Assembly: GCA_030265395.1 (NCBI GenBank)
Contig: JARFYF010000002.1
Location: 68,731,624 to 68,795,623, forward strand
Reading direction: 5' to 3'
DNA length: 64,000 nucleotides
DNA from: Rhina ancylostomus
Lineage: Eukaryota
In this document: piece by piece, positions 1 through 13,664 of the stretch
How the letters are laid out: each line of letters starts with the position of its first letter
How positions within the stretch are numbered: position 1 is the stretch's first letter
Notes under the pieces: model-generated
The model's database searches: none
Told to the model about the DNA's origin: nothing
What the model saw: the letters and a program-made list of their open reading frames with translations, nothing else
Translations under genes and position numbers: made by a program

Positions 1-59
1 AGAGTGATCACTGACTTGATGTTGGAGAAACCAAATACACACCTAATGACCATCTTTTC

Positions 60-330
60 TATCCATGCTGTTACAGTCCCTTGGATTCCATAAGCTTCAT
101 TCTAAATGACAAGCCTATAACATAGCACTTTTATAAAATGCCTTTTTGAAGTCCCTTTTTTTAAATTGAGCATTTCCCTCATTAACCTTCTGTTACTTTT
201 TTAAAAAAAGTAGCTATCAAAAGTTAGCCTACATATAATTTGGCTTCAACAAACCCACGCTAGCTTCCTCTAATCAATCTACACTTGCTGAAATGAATTT
301 TCCCATGGCTTTGTCTGCTAAGTTTGAGGG
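60..330 (-). mobile_element. Old CR1 LINE RT fragment
   Basis: Degenerate match to the QHGF..G.SCLTNL..FF..V...MDF.KAF region (aaaatgcctttttgaagtcc; caacaaacccacgctagc). Confidence 0.45.
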
Positions 331-3300
331 ATATCTTATTATATTGAAAGTGCTATACAAATCAAGTTTGTGATATTCACCGCAAGTGGTGAACTCAAAA
401 CTGACTAGTGAATTATTCAGCTGTCAAACCATTGAGCAATCAGAATAGAGCCGATAACCTAGAATCAATTTGGGCACTGGACTCTGACGTGAAACAAGGC
501 ACCTTAAGTGTGTCCTTCATAAACATTTTGGGGAATTGGGTCAAAACTGAGAGATTTGTTCCACAGAATGAAGGGACATTATATTATAAAATCCATTTAC
601 AATTATAACTTAGTAAATAAGATACATCAATTTCACATTTGAAATCTTTTTAGTTTAACATATCATTGGAAAATTGGACAGCATCAGCTAATGTGTCTGC
701 TGAAAAGGAATTGAGACACTCCCTTCTTCACCCATTCACCAATTCTAGCAGAGTACTTTTCTTGGTTGACAATGTCTATTAGCTTTGCATTGGCAGGTTC
801 TGCAATGTTCAATCACATCAAAAAAGCACATATTCAGATTTTCCTTCCTTATAGAAAGGATGAGTGGAGACTAGCCATTTTATGAGTGGATGGAATGGAT
901 TGTGAATGAGACAGTGTGAGAGGGCTTCAAATTATCAGAGTCCTGCTGGATATTCCTTATTAGCTGAATGCACTGTTGACAGAGAAGGTAGTGACTCATC
1001 CAAACTGTATAACAGAAGAAAGTGTAAATGTACATTTGTTTCATTTTTAAAATAGAACCTGCATGGCAACCCTGTGAAATAATTTTGAAATATTATTTCA
1101 GTGGCATGAACTGTATTTCCCCAGATGCAACCATAAAAGTAAAACATGCAATTCCTGACAGACACTCATGACAATCCAACCTGTGCCAGCAGATGACAAG
1201 TACTCAAATATTCCACGGAGGAAAAGGCAACTAATAAACTTTGACAACCAAGTTAAACAGTTAAGTCAGTTAAAAGCAGCTCCAAAAAGAGGGGATAAGA
1301 AACAAACAATAATTTGTCATACAATGAAAAGGAATTGAATTTAAAAATAACATTGGTTAAATATTGCATGATATATCTACTACATCCAGTTTCAAAGAGG
1401 TGATTTTTCCTAGTTACAAGCTCAATTGTTTAAAGTTTTATTGGTCTCAAAACAATATCACTCCATAGCCCAAACAAAGCTGGGTCTGCCAACATTATTA
1501 TTTTAAAGAAGAATTTCAACTCAAGGGGATTTAATTTCAAAATCTGAACAGAAGCGTGGTTTGTTTAGCCCAGTCTTGAACCTGAGCTCATTATCTTGCA
1601 AAAAAATTCCAGCTTGAGTAGCAAGGGAGGAACAATCCTCTGAGCTGTAAATCTGAAGGTTCTGAATCTTTGTTCCAGTAGCTATTAAGAGTAGTGCCTA
1701 TGTCATCCACATCAGCCAACAATTTGGAGGCAAGGAGACCTTAATTTGCTCTGCTCAGAAAACAGAATAAATTTAAACAGTTCACTGCAACAAGCAACCC
1801 TCAACGTCCAATTAAGAAATTCTACACACAGAAATCATGATCAAAATTATAGAATGTCAGTTTCAGAAAAATGGTGATTTTAGCAAAAATATAGCAAGTG
1901 GAGATACAAATTACATCTTGAAGATGTAGTACTGCTCAGCATGGTTTCATGATGGATAGGGAAATTGCTTAATCATTTCCTTTGTTCTGGAACTGTGATG
2001 TCACTACATGCAGCTATTACAAGGGGAATATTGTGTGCATACCAGTTCAATGCAAAAAAGTAACAATGTTTAATTTCATGAACGTTGTAGGATCCTGCCC
2101 AAACGTATCTAGGAACTTTCACACTGAGCCAGTCTTGGGAACTGCACATGCTGCCACTCCAAATATTGCATGGGTTCCCCATGCTGTCAGAGATTGCTGG
2201 TTCCCAAACAGTGGGCAGCAGATAGAAGCAGTGCATGCAAACTTCGAGCCAATTGAGGAGTTGGCAGCTGTGCCTTGGGAAAAGCAGCCTCATCTTAGCA
2301 TTTCTTCCAATGAAATAACTTCCAAACAAGACAGCCAACCTGTGCAGTACTGCCTGTCCACCACCAAATGCACCTCAAGCACTCATCACATATCATTCCT
2401 TTCCCTCAGTGGGCAACTGCAGGGGGTAGTGTTTGGTAATCTTGCGATTGCCAGCTGCCAGAACCCAGTCCAGTATAGCCCTTCCCACCATCACTGATCG
2501 CCACTTTTTTGTACCATTTCCTCAACAAGTCAGAAGTGACTGAGAAACATTCTTTACATAGAACATATTACAATACAGAATGTGGAGTAGGCAAGTTGAA
2601 AATTGACCAAGACCAATTACAACCAATATGCAGTGTCCCCAATGCAAGTTACCAGCTGCAACACGGTGACAATGTGATATGCAGCCAGGAGAGTTCCAAA
2701 TACTGCCCCTATTGACTTTGGCGACACAGTGGAAGGTAAAGATTGTGTTAATGACTCACTACATTGTGGGGATTTTTATTGGAGAAGTTGCTTGTGTTTA
2801 TTTTCCATCCAAATTGACTTTTGTCTGCAGAATAGACTTCTATTGTGCATCATATGCTTCCCCAAACCCAAAATCCATTGGCTGAAATTATATCTACTGT
2901 CATAAGATTACTGGGAATTCCAGATCAAACTGAGCAAGTCTCCTCTACACTAAAGAGACCAAGTGATTCCAGATCAATTGAGTTCCTAGGAACAAAAGTA
3001 TCATGCTAACCTGCACATCAAGATTTAATTGCATTTTAAGCATATGTAAAAGTGCCTTAGGCATTTCTGACCATGTTATCTTCTCAATTTGTGGGAAGAT
3101 AATACAATATGGAATGTGGAACAAGTGAGCTGAGAATTAACCATGAAAAGGTTGCAATCCAATTACAGTAATAAAACACTAAATATGGAGCAACTGCATC
3201 AGATACGTGGCAGTTTGAATGGGAAAAGTAGCTGATGTAATGGGTTGAGTATAAGAAGAGTAGCAAGCTGAGGAAGCAAGAACAAAATAGACACCAGGAT

Positions 3301-4038
3301 GTTGGGACAGAGATGCTGAAAATGGGAACAGCAGCATCACCACCAGTGGATGGAATCTGAAAAATAAGAGTGGCCATGACCTGAAATTGTTGAAATGTGG
3401 CATCTAAACCACAGTACTTATTTGAAGTTCACATTTCAATGGAATAAAGCACAGAGGTTGGGGGGATTGAGGCAGAGCTTTAAAAGGCANNNNNNNNNNN
3501 NNNNNNNNNNNNNNNNNNNNNGCAATTCAGCTGAGTGATCAACCAAAATGCATTTGACCTCTTTAATGTTGAGACCATGACAATAAATACAGTATACTAA
3601 AGTACAGTACAATCGTTTCACCTGGAGGGCACATTCAGGACATAGGTTCACCACCTCTTTTCCAAATCAGAGCGAGTGTGAGAGGTGTATGTGGACGACA
3701 GCATCATGCATACACTGTGTGGGAGCTATTAGAAAGAACAACTTAAGTTGTAGGGAGGAGAGAGAAGGGATTTTGGAATGGGCAAGAATCATATCTGAAA
3801 CACAGCTTTCTATTTTTGATATTGTAAAACTATTACTGTGTGGATTAAATACTGATAAAGTGCTTTCTTTTAAAGAAAAAACAGTGGAACCTGCATGATT
3901 TCTACAGTGGCAACTCAAATATGTGCATAAAAAGTAGCGATATCTAGGTCAGACAAGAGTGCAACGTGCTGCCCACTGCAAGGACCAAGATAAACTAAAA
4001 CAATGCATGATAGTGTAATCCTCACATTGCTTATCGTA

Positions 4039-4741
4039 AATCTTGGGGTCCAAGTACATAGATCGCTCAAAGTTGCCGTACAAGTGGATAAGGCTGTTAA
4101 GGTGGTGTATGGTGTGCTGGCCTTCATTAGCCAGGAGAATAAGTTCAAGAGCTGAGAGGTAATGTTGCAGCTCTACAAGACTGGTTAAACCACACTTGAA
4201 TATTGTGTTCAGTTCTGGTCATATTATAGGAAGGATATGGAAGTATTGGAGAGGGTGCAGAGGAGACTTACACTGCCTGGATTGGAGAGTATTTCTTATG
4301 AAGAAAGGTTGAGCAAGTTAGGGCTTTTCTCTTTGGGGCAACAGAGGATGAGCAGTGACTTGACAGAGGTGCATAAGATTATGAGAGGCATAGACAGAGT
4401 GGACAGCCAGCACCTTTTCTCCAAGGTGGTAATGGCCAATACTAGAGGTCACCCGTGTAAGATGCATGGAGGAAACTTCAGGGGAAATATCAGAGGTTTT
4501 TTTTTAAAACAAGATATAGACACAGAGTGGTGGGTGCCTGGAATGCACTGCCAGGGGAGTGGTAGGGGCCGATATGATAGGATCATTAAAGAAACTCTTA
4601 GATAGGCACCTAGATGAAAGAAAAATATAGGGGTATGAGAGGGCAGGGGGGTTAGATTGAATGTGGATAAGGTTTATATAGGTCAGCACAACATCGGGGC
4701 CAAAGGGTCTGTACTGTGCTGTACTGTTCTGTTTGTGTTCT
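4039..4741 (+). mobile_element. CR1 LINE 3' end (5'-truncated)
   Basis: Remnants LYKT..KPHLEYCVQFW and LERVQRR..LPGLESISYEERLSKLGLFSL, and the CR1 tail ggccaaagggtctgtactgtgctgtactgttctgtttgtgttct. Confidence 0.9.
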
Positions 4742-5594
4742 TAATATCTTGTGCAATCCAAATAATGCCCATTAGGTTGATTCAGATCCACAAATACTTA
4801 ATAGGTGTCCTCTCAGAAAAATCATGAGCAGTTAACTAGGAAGCATACAGTATTGAAAGGGCACAATTTTCAATGCATATTAGAAAACAAATACCACAGA
4901 TTCCAATTCAAAAGGGGAATGCTCACCACAAACAGAAATCAGAGGAACCCTGCTGAAAGCTGCCATACGCATACTAGGTAGACTGATATTGATCTTGACA
5001 GCTGCTTTCAAATTAATAAAGAGACTTTGTGGGTTCGAGAGAGTAGAGAGGATGATGTTTGAAAGCTGTGTTCAAAACGAGAAGTATTATCCTCTAAAAA
5101 ACAAAGTCACTTTTGCAGCCATGAAATTCTTATTAGGTACAAAACAAACTTACTGCTGATTAGGGACTTCAGATAGAGAGCAGCCCTACCAAGGAGTATC
5201 CAAAATGCCACAGGCATGAGGGTAAAGTATCATCTGGTGGAATTAATAAATCATACTTATTGAATCATTGAAACTTTTGTCAACTATTTAATCTTGAAAA
5301 AGCAAATTTGATCACATCATATAGTCCAAATTAAAAAGCTTTTCTAATTTGACAGTTTGAAAATGCAAAGAATGTGAAGTAGTAAATGACAAAGCTTACC
5401 TGATGTTGGTTTCAAAACAGGATGCACCAGCAAACCAAACCTCCACTGAGCATTACAGACGTGTGTTAATTTGCTTTGCAAGTTAAGCTTTTGTTTGCAT
5501 CCATTGAACCAGTGATATTTCTTCAAAAGATGGAGATACACCACCCCCTCCTCCCCCACAATATCACAAGCAAAATTTATAAATAATTACCAAG

Positions 5595-6555
5595 ATCACC
5601 CAAAGAAGATGTAGGCTTTATTTTGGTACACTTCTCAGCAGTGGGCAGATGTCAAGTAACACCGGAATACACAAGATTTGAAAAGCTGACAGCTGAAGAT
5701 ACAGAAACATTGCAAGAGGATGTTGCAACACATCAGCAACAGGTAAGTTTACCTTCGTTTCAATAATTCCCTACTGCTGTACATTTAACATTTCATTCTG
5801 CCAACACAAATTGGAAGTTTCACCTTCCTTATACAACCCTAAAAACAGATTTGCATCTATTCATAAAAAAATTAACTTAAATTTCTGATCAATATATTTT
5901 ACATAATAGGCAAATATTAAATGTTCATGACAGTCACTGGTAATTGTGATGTGTTCAATCACTAGTCAACAGGATAAAAATATCAATATGAATATATGCA
6001 TCAAACCAGCTTTGAAATGAAATACGGGCTATATAGCATTACATTAAATATAGACTTGCTTTCAACATTGAATTTTACTCCAAAAATATTTGAAATGCCC
6101 AACATTTTTAAGTGCAAGCAATTTTCTTATAGAATAGAAGCATAGAAGCCACAGGCGTTTTCACGATAAGCTTTTTAGCTGTCAGCTACATTCATTGTTA
6201 TTTCAACACCTGGCTATGATCTAGTCTCAAATATTTCCATAGTCACTCATTGAATATTTACAAACCTCCTTAACCAATAAGTGATTGAAGCTACACATCA
6301 GACGCATTAACTGCATTCAAAAAACTCAAGACAACTGCATGTAAACATAAGTTTAACTCTGAATATCTGTGGAAAGGCTCCACTGCATGGGAATGCTGCA
6401 CTTGTGTTACTGCAGAAAGCCAGCCACTGTAATGCATGGTACAGCAAAATCTGGCCACCAAACCACGAGGAATGAGTGACAGGCATCTGCTGCAAGCTAA
6501 GCTTGAATGACAAGCCAGTGGTCCTCCATTACTGTCCAGACAGTTTTTTCTTACA
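5595..6555 (-). other. HPCAL1: Probable HPCAL1 3' UTR (about 0.95 kb)
   Basis: AT-rich stretch with no recognisable repeats, between the stop codon and an AATAAA. The 3' end is inferred. Confidence 0.6.
5617..5622 (-). terminator. Candidate polyadenylation signal AATAAA
   Basis: Minus strand reads TGTACCAA-AATAAA-GCCTACATCTTCTTTGGGTGATCTTGGT, with an upstream TGTA element and a downstream T/GT-rich tract. Confidence 0.6.
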
Positions 6556-6717
<162 letters not shown>

Positions 6718-7997
6718 CTATCAATTAATTGTTAATTTTAGCTGATGAGCACAAACTTTTTAAATACCACTTTATGGCAGGAGATTGAGGTGGAAAATTC
6801 TAAAGCAACAGTAGGTTCCTCACTGTAGGTCAGCTCATTGAGCTTTAAGGATTCAAATGATCGCTAATTGGAATAGAATTCCTCAGGGCTGTTGAATAAA
6901 GCCCACTGCACTGAACTGCACAGGGAAGGTTTACCTCTAAGTATTTACATTTAAAATGTGGAATTAAACAATGAAGAAATATAAAAACCTTAAACCTCCA
7001 AAAGCCCAATTTGTTAGTTACATTTTTTTCAAAACATAATAATTTTGTCCCTTTAAAGTTGCAGATAAATATCAATTGGATGGGAGCCCTAGAGAGGAGG
7101 AGAGACATCACCGATAATATCTTCCCCAGATACTTAAGGGACAACGTGAAGAACATTTACACCTGAATGGTCAACTGAATCACTGATACCACTACCCAGA
7201 TTGGCAGAAGTCAAATCTGTGCACTGCCAAGTCAACTGAATGTTATTACATTCATGGAAAAACTCTGGACAAACAGTTAGGCCAATGTTCCTAAAAGCAA
7301 GTCACATACTGTAAGGGATATAATCCTACAGACAAGACATTAAGTTGAAGCCCTGGGTTCCCTCAGATAGACATTGAACTTTAAAGTGACCCAATTAAAG
7401 AGGTTGATAGTCCAATTCACTCTTCATTTATCCAAGGCATACACTGGTCTTGAACAGCTGATATACCATGGAAAAGGGGGATCAAATATTCATAAAAACC
7501 TTGATCACACTTTCTGGTAACATTTTCCTCCATTAATACAGACACAGGAATTCATAAAGAAAATTGCAGTGTCAGACAGGATAATACAATTACAAACTTA
7601 CTAGATAATGTTGATAACTTCCACTCCACTTACAGTGAAACATTTACAGTGGAAAACAATATGACTTTATAAACACAGAATTAAGTTTGAGCTGCTGGGC
7701 CTGAACAATCTTAATCCTCTACTTGACTTCCCAAGTGCAATGCTGCAACAAATAGTATGTTACTTTAAAATGTGCAGTTTTTCTTTATTCCTCCTCTAAA
7801 TTGACCTTTGGAGCCAGTTTATAATCAATCCAGAAGAATTTGGAACCAATTCAATTTCATCTTCGAAGTCAAAAATGAAACTCTAACATGCTTGTTACTG
7901 ATAGGTTAGCCAGTATGAAGTGTATGGGTATAGCTTCCAAAATGGGGACAAATTAATAATGCATCACAATGAGGAATGTAATGGATCATTTGGTATA

Positions 7998-9060
7998 CTG
8001 GTGGCAGTGGTTGAGTAATCAGATTAGTAACCAAGAATCCTTAAGCAACAATCTGGAGACAAAAATTCTGTTGTGGAATTCAAACTACTTAGTAATGACC
8101 ATGAAACTGTGGTAAAATAAAAATGTAGTTCTTTAATATTGTTTGGGAAAATGTGTGCCCAATTTGGCCTATACGCTACTCCAGACCCTCAGCAAGAACG
8201 TGGTGGACTTATAACCACCACCAAAATGATTAAGCCACTCATTTATATTGCAACTGCTATACTGAAACTGAAGCAATACTAAAATGGATGAATCACCTTG
8301 CACCAAACTCAGACACAGCAAAGATGTTCCTAGCCCAGACAGTCTTGCAGAGTCTTCCCTATAAACATCTGGAGACTGGTATCCAAACTGGGAATGCTAT
8401 CCCTCAGTCTAGTCAAGCAACCTGCTGATGTCAGTAATCTATGATTGCAAGTGCAACTGTGTGCCAGTCTCCTCCATCACAATCCCTGAGTATGTGCTGT
8501 CCAACAGCACGACTGACCCAGAGGTACGATGGTATTCAGAAGAGAGGCCTAAACCCTGGGAGTCCTCACAGACTCATGAGGTCTCATTGCACTGAATCAA
8601 ACGTGGGAACCCTCCTGATATTAACTCATCATCCTCCCTCAAGCTGATGGATCAGTGCTTCTCCATGCTGAAGAACAGTTAGAAGCAGCACTGAAAGTAA
8701 CAAGGACACAGAACGTACTCTGGTGGAGGAGTTCAATGCCCATCAGTAAATTTGGCCTAGTATCACCACCAACTGCAGAGTTGGCCAATTCCTGCAAGAT
8801 ATAGTGCCAGTCTGCAGGTAGGGAGTAAACCAATGTGGGTGAAAACCTACTTGAGCTAGTCTTCTTCAATCTACCTGTTGTTGTACATCTGCCCGTGATT
8901 TAATTGGTAGGTAACTGGCTGTACTGTCTGTATGGAGGCACAGACCCAGGTGCACACCAAGGACACCCTCCATTGTCTTGTGTGGCACCACAATTTTGCT
9001 GAATGAGATCATATCTGGCAGCTCAAAATTGGGTACCCATGAGGGGTTGTGGACTATCGA
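7998..9060 (+). mobile_element. Decayed LINE 5' portion: SINE-like head plus AP-endonuclease domain (CR1/L2 group)
   Basis: Frameshifted APE motifs NIW.LV.KLG.LS.SLVKQ..D, PPSADGSVLLH.EEQLEAALKV.R.QNVLW..EFNAH (GDFN-like). Homologous to 54850-55220 on the minus strand. Confidence 0.7.
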
Positions 9061-10158
9061 ATGTACAAAAGTTGCAGGAAGAAAGTGGAAGGAAGTAGTG
9101 GCAGTGGGGGCAGGAGCAGGGGAGGTGAAATGTGAAGGCAGGCTTCAACAGTTGACTGGCTGAGACAGGAGCAATGACAAGTGGAANNNNNNNNNNNNNN
9201 NNNNNNNNNNNNNATTATGAGCACAAGGAGACATGAAGCTTGGGTTCACATTGGGATTGGCAGCACTATCACAATCAATGCAAGTTTTACCAGGATAGTT
9301 GATGGGGAGGGCAAGAATAGGGGAAGCAAACGACACTTCAAACAGCAAACTATGGCTGAACTTTCCAAATCTTCATTGCAGGATGGATCTCAGACATTAC
9401 AAAATGGTCAAGCTTGTAGATGAGAGAAGGATATCTAGAAATTCCACCCCCATCACCACCAAGGTGAGTGTACAGGGTAGGAAAAAAATCCTAGGCCATG
9501 ATTGAACTAAGGGGAACCAAATGAGTGCATTCCCAATTAACTGGGGAACAGAGGAGATTCATTCAAGATGGTTGATGTAGTCCACTGTCAATAACTGGAA
9601 GAAAGTTGGGACGGTGCATCGGAACATATTCTTTTGATGATTACCAACTTTAACAATTTACTCATCTGCAGTAGATAGTTCACAAGTATGTGGTCCAGAT
9701 GATTCAAAAAACATCAGATCTCAGGATTCACTAACTTGACTAATGAGACAAGTTTAACAACATTGGACCTACTATCTGGAGCCATGCATAAAGTGTTACT
9801 AACACTCGGGTCTGACTTCTGATTTCCATCCTCCCTTCCTCAAATTAATTAAGTAGAGACACAAGAGATTGCAGATACTGGAGTTTGGGGCAACAAAGAT
9901 GCTAGAGGAAGTCAGTGGGTCAGGCAGCATCTGTGGAGGAAAAAGGTCAAGACCCTTTATCTCTGCAAACTAATTGGTATTCTGATACTTCAGGGTCTCA
10001 CCCATCTAGTGAAAGGCAGTGAAATGGAATGGTCTGCTTCAGTGTGTAGGGATTGCACCTCTCTCATTACCAGCATAAAAATTCATCCCTTTACTGGGAT
10101 TATTCCATTAGGAATTTTCAATGTATTGCTTGTAAATTTTGCTATGTTCCATTTGTTA

Positions 10159-10293
<135 letters not shown>

Positions 10294-11202
10294 TTAACAC
10301 TTACTGAGACAATATATTAATATCATTAAAATGCTGTGTTTAAAGATGATCTCTTTACATTCAAATTTGATTGTACACCATACAAGCCAAAGTAATTAAA
10401 TTAGCGCTCAATTTTTCCTAAATGTCAAAAATAATTGTTAAAAAGGCTTTGAAGTTCATTCACAGTCTATCAAGTACATACAATTACTGTTAAGGAATGA
10501 CTACAAAATACAGACTCCTTTTCACAGTGGTATGGATATGCAAACATGAAGCTGGAGTAGAGAAGTATGCTGCAGGTTTTATTTTCTCCATTTCCAAAGC
10601 AAATTTTCTGAAGATTTGATAGTACTTAATTATAACAAAGACATGTTTATCAAAATATTTCAATTAAAAAAGCGCATTGGAAAAGTTGGCACATCAAAGT
10701 GAAAAGGTCAACATTCGATTGCTCCCCCCAGCTTTTCTGAACACACCATGAAAGCTAAATTTTGGGAGCAACCAAAAGGACAGGTTGGTGAGGTTATTGT
10801 GAAGTGTATCACCTTTTATTACCTTCACAACAAATTATACAGTAATGGACTCTAGGCAGAAATAATTTTTGAAATGCATTGAATTTTCTAATCATGTCAT
10901 AATCTTTCACAAAAAAGTTAATTGTAATGGTCATATTCACACTAGTATGTACTAGAACTCTAGAAAGATATGCAGATTCTATCAATCTTTATATTTGGTT
11001 AATTTTACTTTGCAACTATACATTATACTCATGGTATCAGCCCCAAGACATGACAGCTCACATAAAGAGTCTATACACCAAGAACCACAACCCCCACCCA
11101 AAAACACACCTGCACAATTGTCACACCCTGCCACTCTCACATTTTTCTTTAATTTCTACCATGTGAACAGGGGAGGTACTGAAGCATTAAGGGTTCTTGC
11201 TT

Positions 11203-11455
11203 TTTTTAAAATTTGATTTTATTTACAGTGTGGTAACAGGCCCTTCCGGCCCAATGAGTCCGCACCGCCCATTTTAAACCCCAAATTAACCTACCTGTAT
11301 GTCTTTACAATGTGGGAGGAAACCAAAGCACCTGGAGGAAACCCACACAGACACGGGAGAACGTACAAACTCCTTACGGACAGCGATGGGAATCGAACCC
11401 CGATCGCTGGCGCTGTAATAGCGTTGCGCTAACCGCTACACTACCATGCTGCCCC
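11203..11455 (-). mobile_element. Young tRNA-derived SINE (V-SINE/HE1-like)
   Basis: Minus strand begins GGGGCAGCATGGTAGTGTAGCGGTTAGC (A box). B box GGTTCGATTCC at 11399-11389. V-type core GGAGTTTGTACGTTCTCCCGTG...GGGTTTCCTCC...GGTTTCCTCCCACA, CR1-like tail GGGCCGGAAGGGCCTGTTACC, then an A-rich end. Confidence 0.85.
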
Positions 11456-13664
11456 TAACTTTAGGGGGCGGGGGGGGGGAAGAAATGTTAAAAATAGCAG
11501 AAAGTGGCAGAAAATTCAGGTCTAGGACAACCCATCTATTTTGGTTCATTCACCAAATCAGATATTCTGTGGAAGCCAAATGCACCAAGTCAGAGCACAC
11601 ACCTACTGTTTTATAGAAAAATACAATAGTTGGAAGTAGTACACACAAACTTATCCCCTATGTAGCTTCAGTATTTCTAGTCAACACCACTACAGAATGT
11701 TGCTCAATACTTGCCTTCCTCTCTCTCCATCCCTATCACCACTCATCACTAACAGCTTATCAGTAGTTCTGGCATATTGTGCTCTGTGCAATTAAGCAAG
11801 CAGGAACTGCCACAATGATTATTTTACCAGGGTAACATTGTACAGGATGCAGTAATTGTGCGCAGTTTGGAGAAGAACGGGGTGGACGCAAGGAAGTAAC
11901 TTCAAATACCATCTTGGAATCATTTGAAAAATGTTTTTTTATGGCAAATGATTTAATTGATTTCAGCCTTAAGTTTAGTCTAAAATTCAGTTTTTAAAAT
12001 TACTTCAGGCTAACCTTTGGTCCAACATCATGCCAGCTGAGCATCAAGTAAATTATTGACAGCAATGAAATAATAATTAATCCATCGAAGCATGTGATTG
12101 CTTCTGCCCAAGCTGTTAAGGTCTTCAGGTTAACAAAGTGGTGTCGGCATACTTTTCAAAACTGGCTAAACACTATAGAATAAAAATATATTTAGTGAAA
12201 AAAAGATCGCTATCCCTTTTATGCAAACTATATTTCCAAGCAGATTGCAATGTGTTAAGTGGCAGCCATAGATTCAGTAGAATATCTGACAGGCTTATCA
12301 TTAGTCTATTCTTTTTTGGAAAATAGGTAGGCACCAGAGGAAAAACATCTTATAAAGTAATTAGCATCTGGAATTCAATGCTGAGTAGTAATAGAGTTCG
12401 ACTCAAAGTAATTGAAAGGAAAATATTTGTACGGTTTGTGGGGGAGGGGAGGGGTGTGGGACTAGCTGGATTGTTGTTACATAGGACCAGTATGGAATCA
12501 ATGGCTGAATGGCCACCTGATTGACTGTAGCCATTGNNNNNNNNNNCCATTGAATGATTCTGTCTACAGACAAGGGGGTTTGGAAAATGATTGTTCACCA
12601 CTTTCCTTCCTACTCGCTTGCCCCTGGAGTATCATTTTATTCACTCCTAGTGACTTGCTTACATAAAGGGTAAACCAACATAACGGGTAAACCAACATTC
12701 CTATCATTTTGGAATGAAGATTTTTCCAAATGAAGGACCCTTCACTGCTTATTCAATGCCCACCAATCAAGTACTAAGAATGTACTGCACAAAAAACGTG
12801 TTATCTCAGTTTTTCCTCACTCAGTCTGCCCTGTCTATATATTGCCTCTACAATCTACATCTGTGGCACTATTTCATCGTCCTCTCACATCCATTGTAAT
12901 GCAGACATACTTCCTTTAATGGTTCCTTCTACCATATGGAAGAGGTCATTCCTTGGTATCTAGGGCTCTATCCCAAGTCCTTTCCATCAATTACATACAA
13001 CAGTAGCAATAACTTAAATTCTGAAGTGCACATTGTAGTTACCCAACCTAACCTTGTTGCTATTGCTAGGTCCAAAGCCATTGTTACTCTACGTATACTT
13101 GTTAAATGTCAACTTAAAATACTAGCTTAATAACATGAAACTGAAATTGAAACTTTGCCACTGTCATCAGCTTGTCCTACATTTCAACTTATTGTTTGTT
13201 ATTAAGCTAACCTCACGGTAGTGGGCGTTTGCATCCTGTTTGAAGTTAAAAAACTTTCACCTACATATCTGACGTGCTACCATGGACCCTTTGATAACAC
13301 TGCACACTTATATCCTTCAGCTACTGAAACACAAATCTACAACCTTATCACAAAAAAAAGCTAGAGCCTCTCAAAGCTTTTCCCATTTTCCTTCCAAAAC
13401 TCTAGGCTCTTTCAACTAGACTGTCACATCTAATGAATGGATGAGAATTTTCATTTTCACGGTTCAAATATTTTATCATGGTACAACTTATCAAAAAATG
13501 CATTCCCAGAAATACATTCTCAGCAACAGTGAAAACTTTTGGCGAGAAATAGAGTGGATCATCTAACCGGAGTCTTGTGTTTTACAATAGAAAGCACAAT
13601 CTGGCATCAGAGAATGCAAGAAATAAATTACTGCAACATCAAATTAAACAATGTATTAGCATAC

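Noticed and set aside
1982-2497. 171-aa ORF
   Set aside because: Non-ATG start, no recognisable domain and no supporting exon structure.
11385-11455. tRNA gene
   Set aside because: A and B boxes are present, but the sequence continues into a SINE core and LINE-like tail with no 3' acceptor stem.
13656-13664. ORF-track extension V-C-stop suggesting a truncated 128-aa protein or pseudogene
   Set aside because: This is read-through into the intron past CAG|GTATGC; the downstream exons complete the frame.
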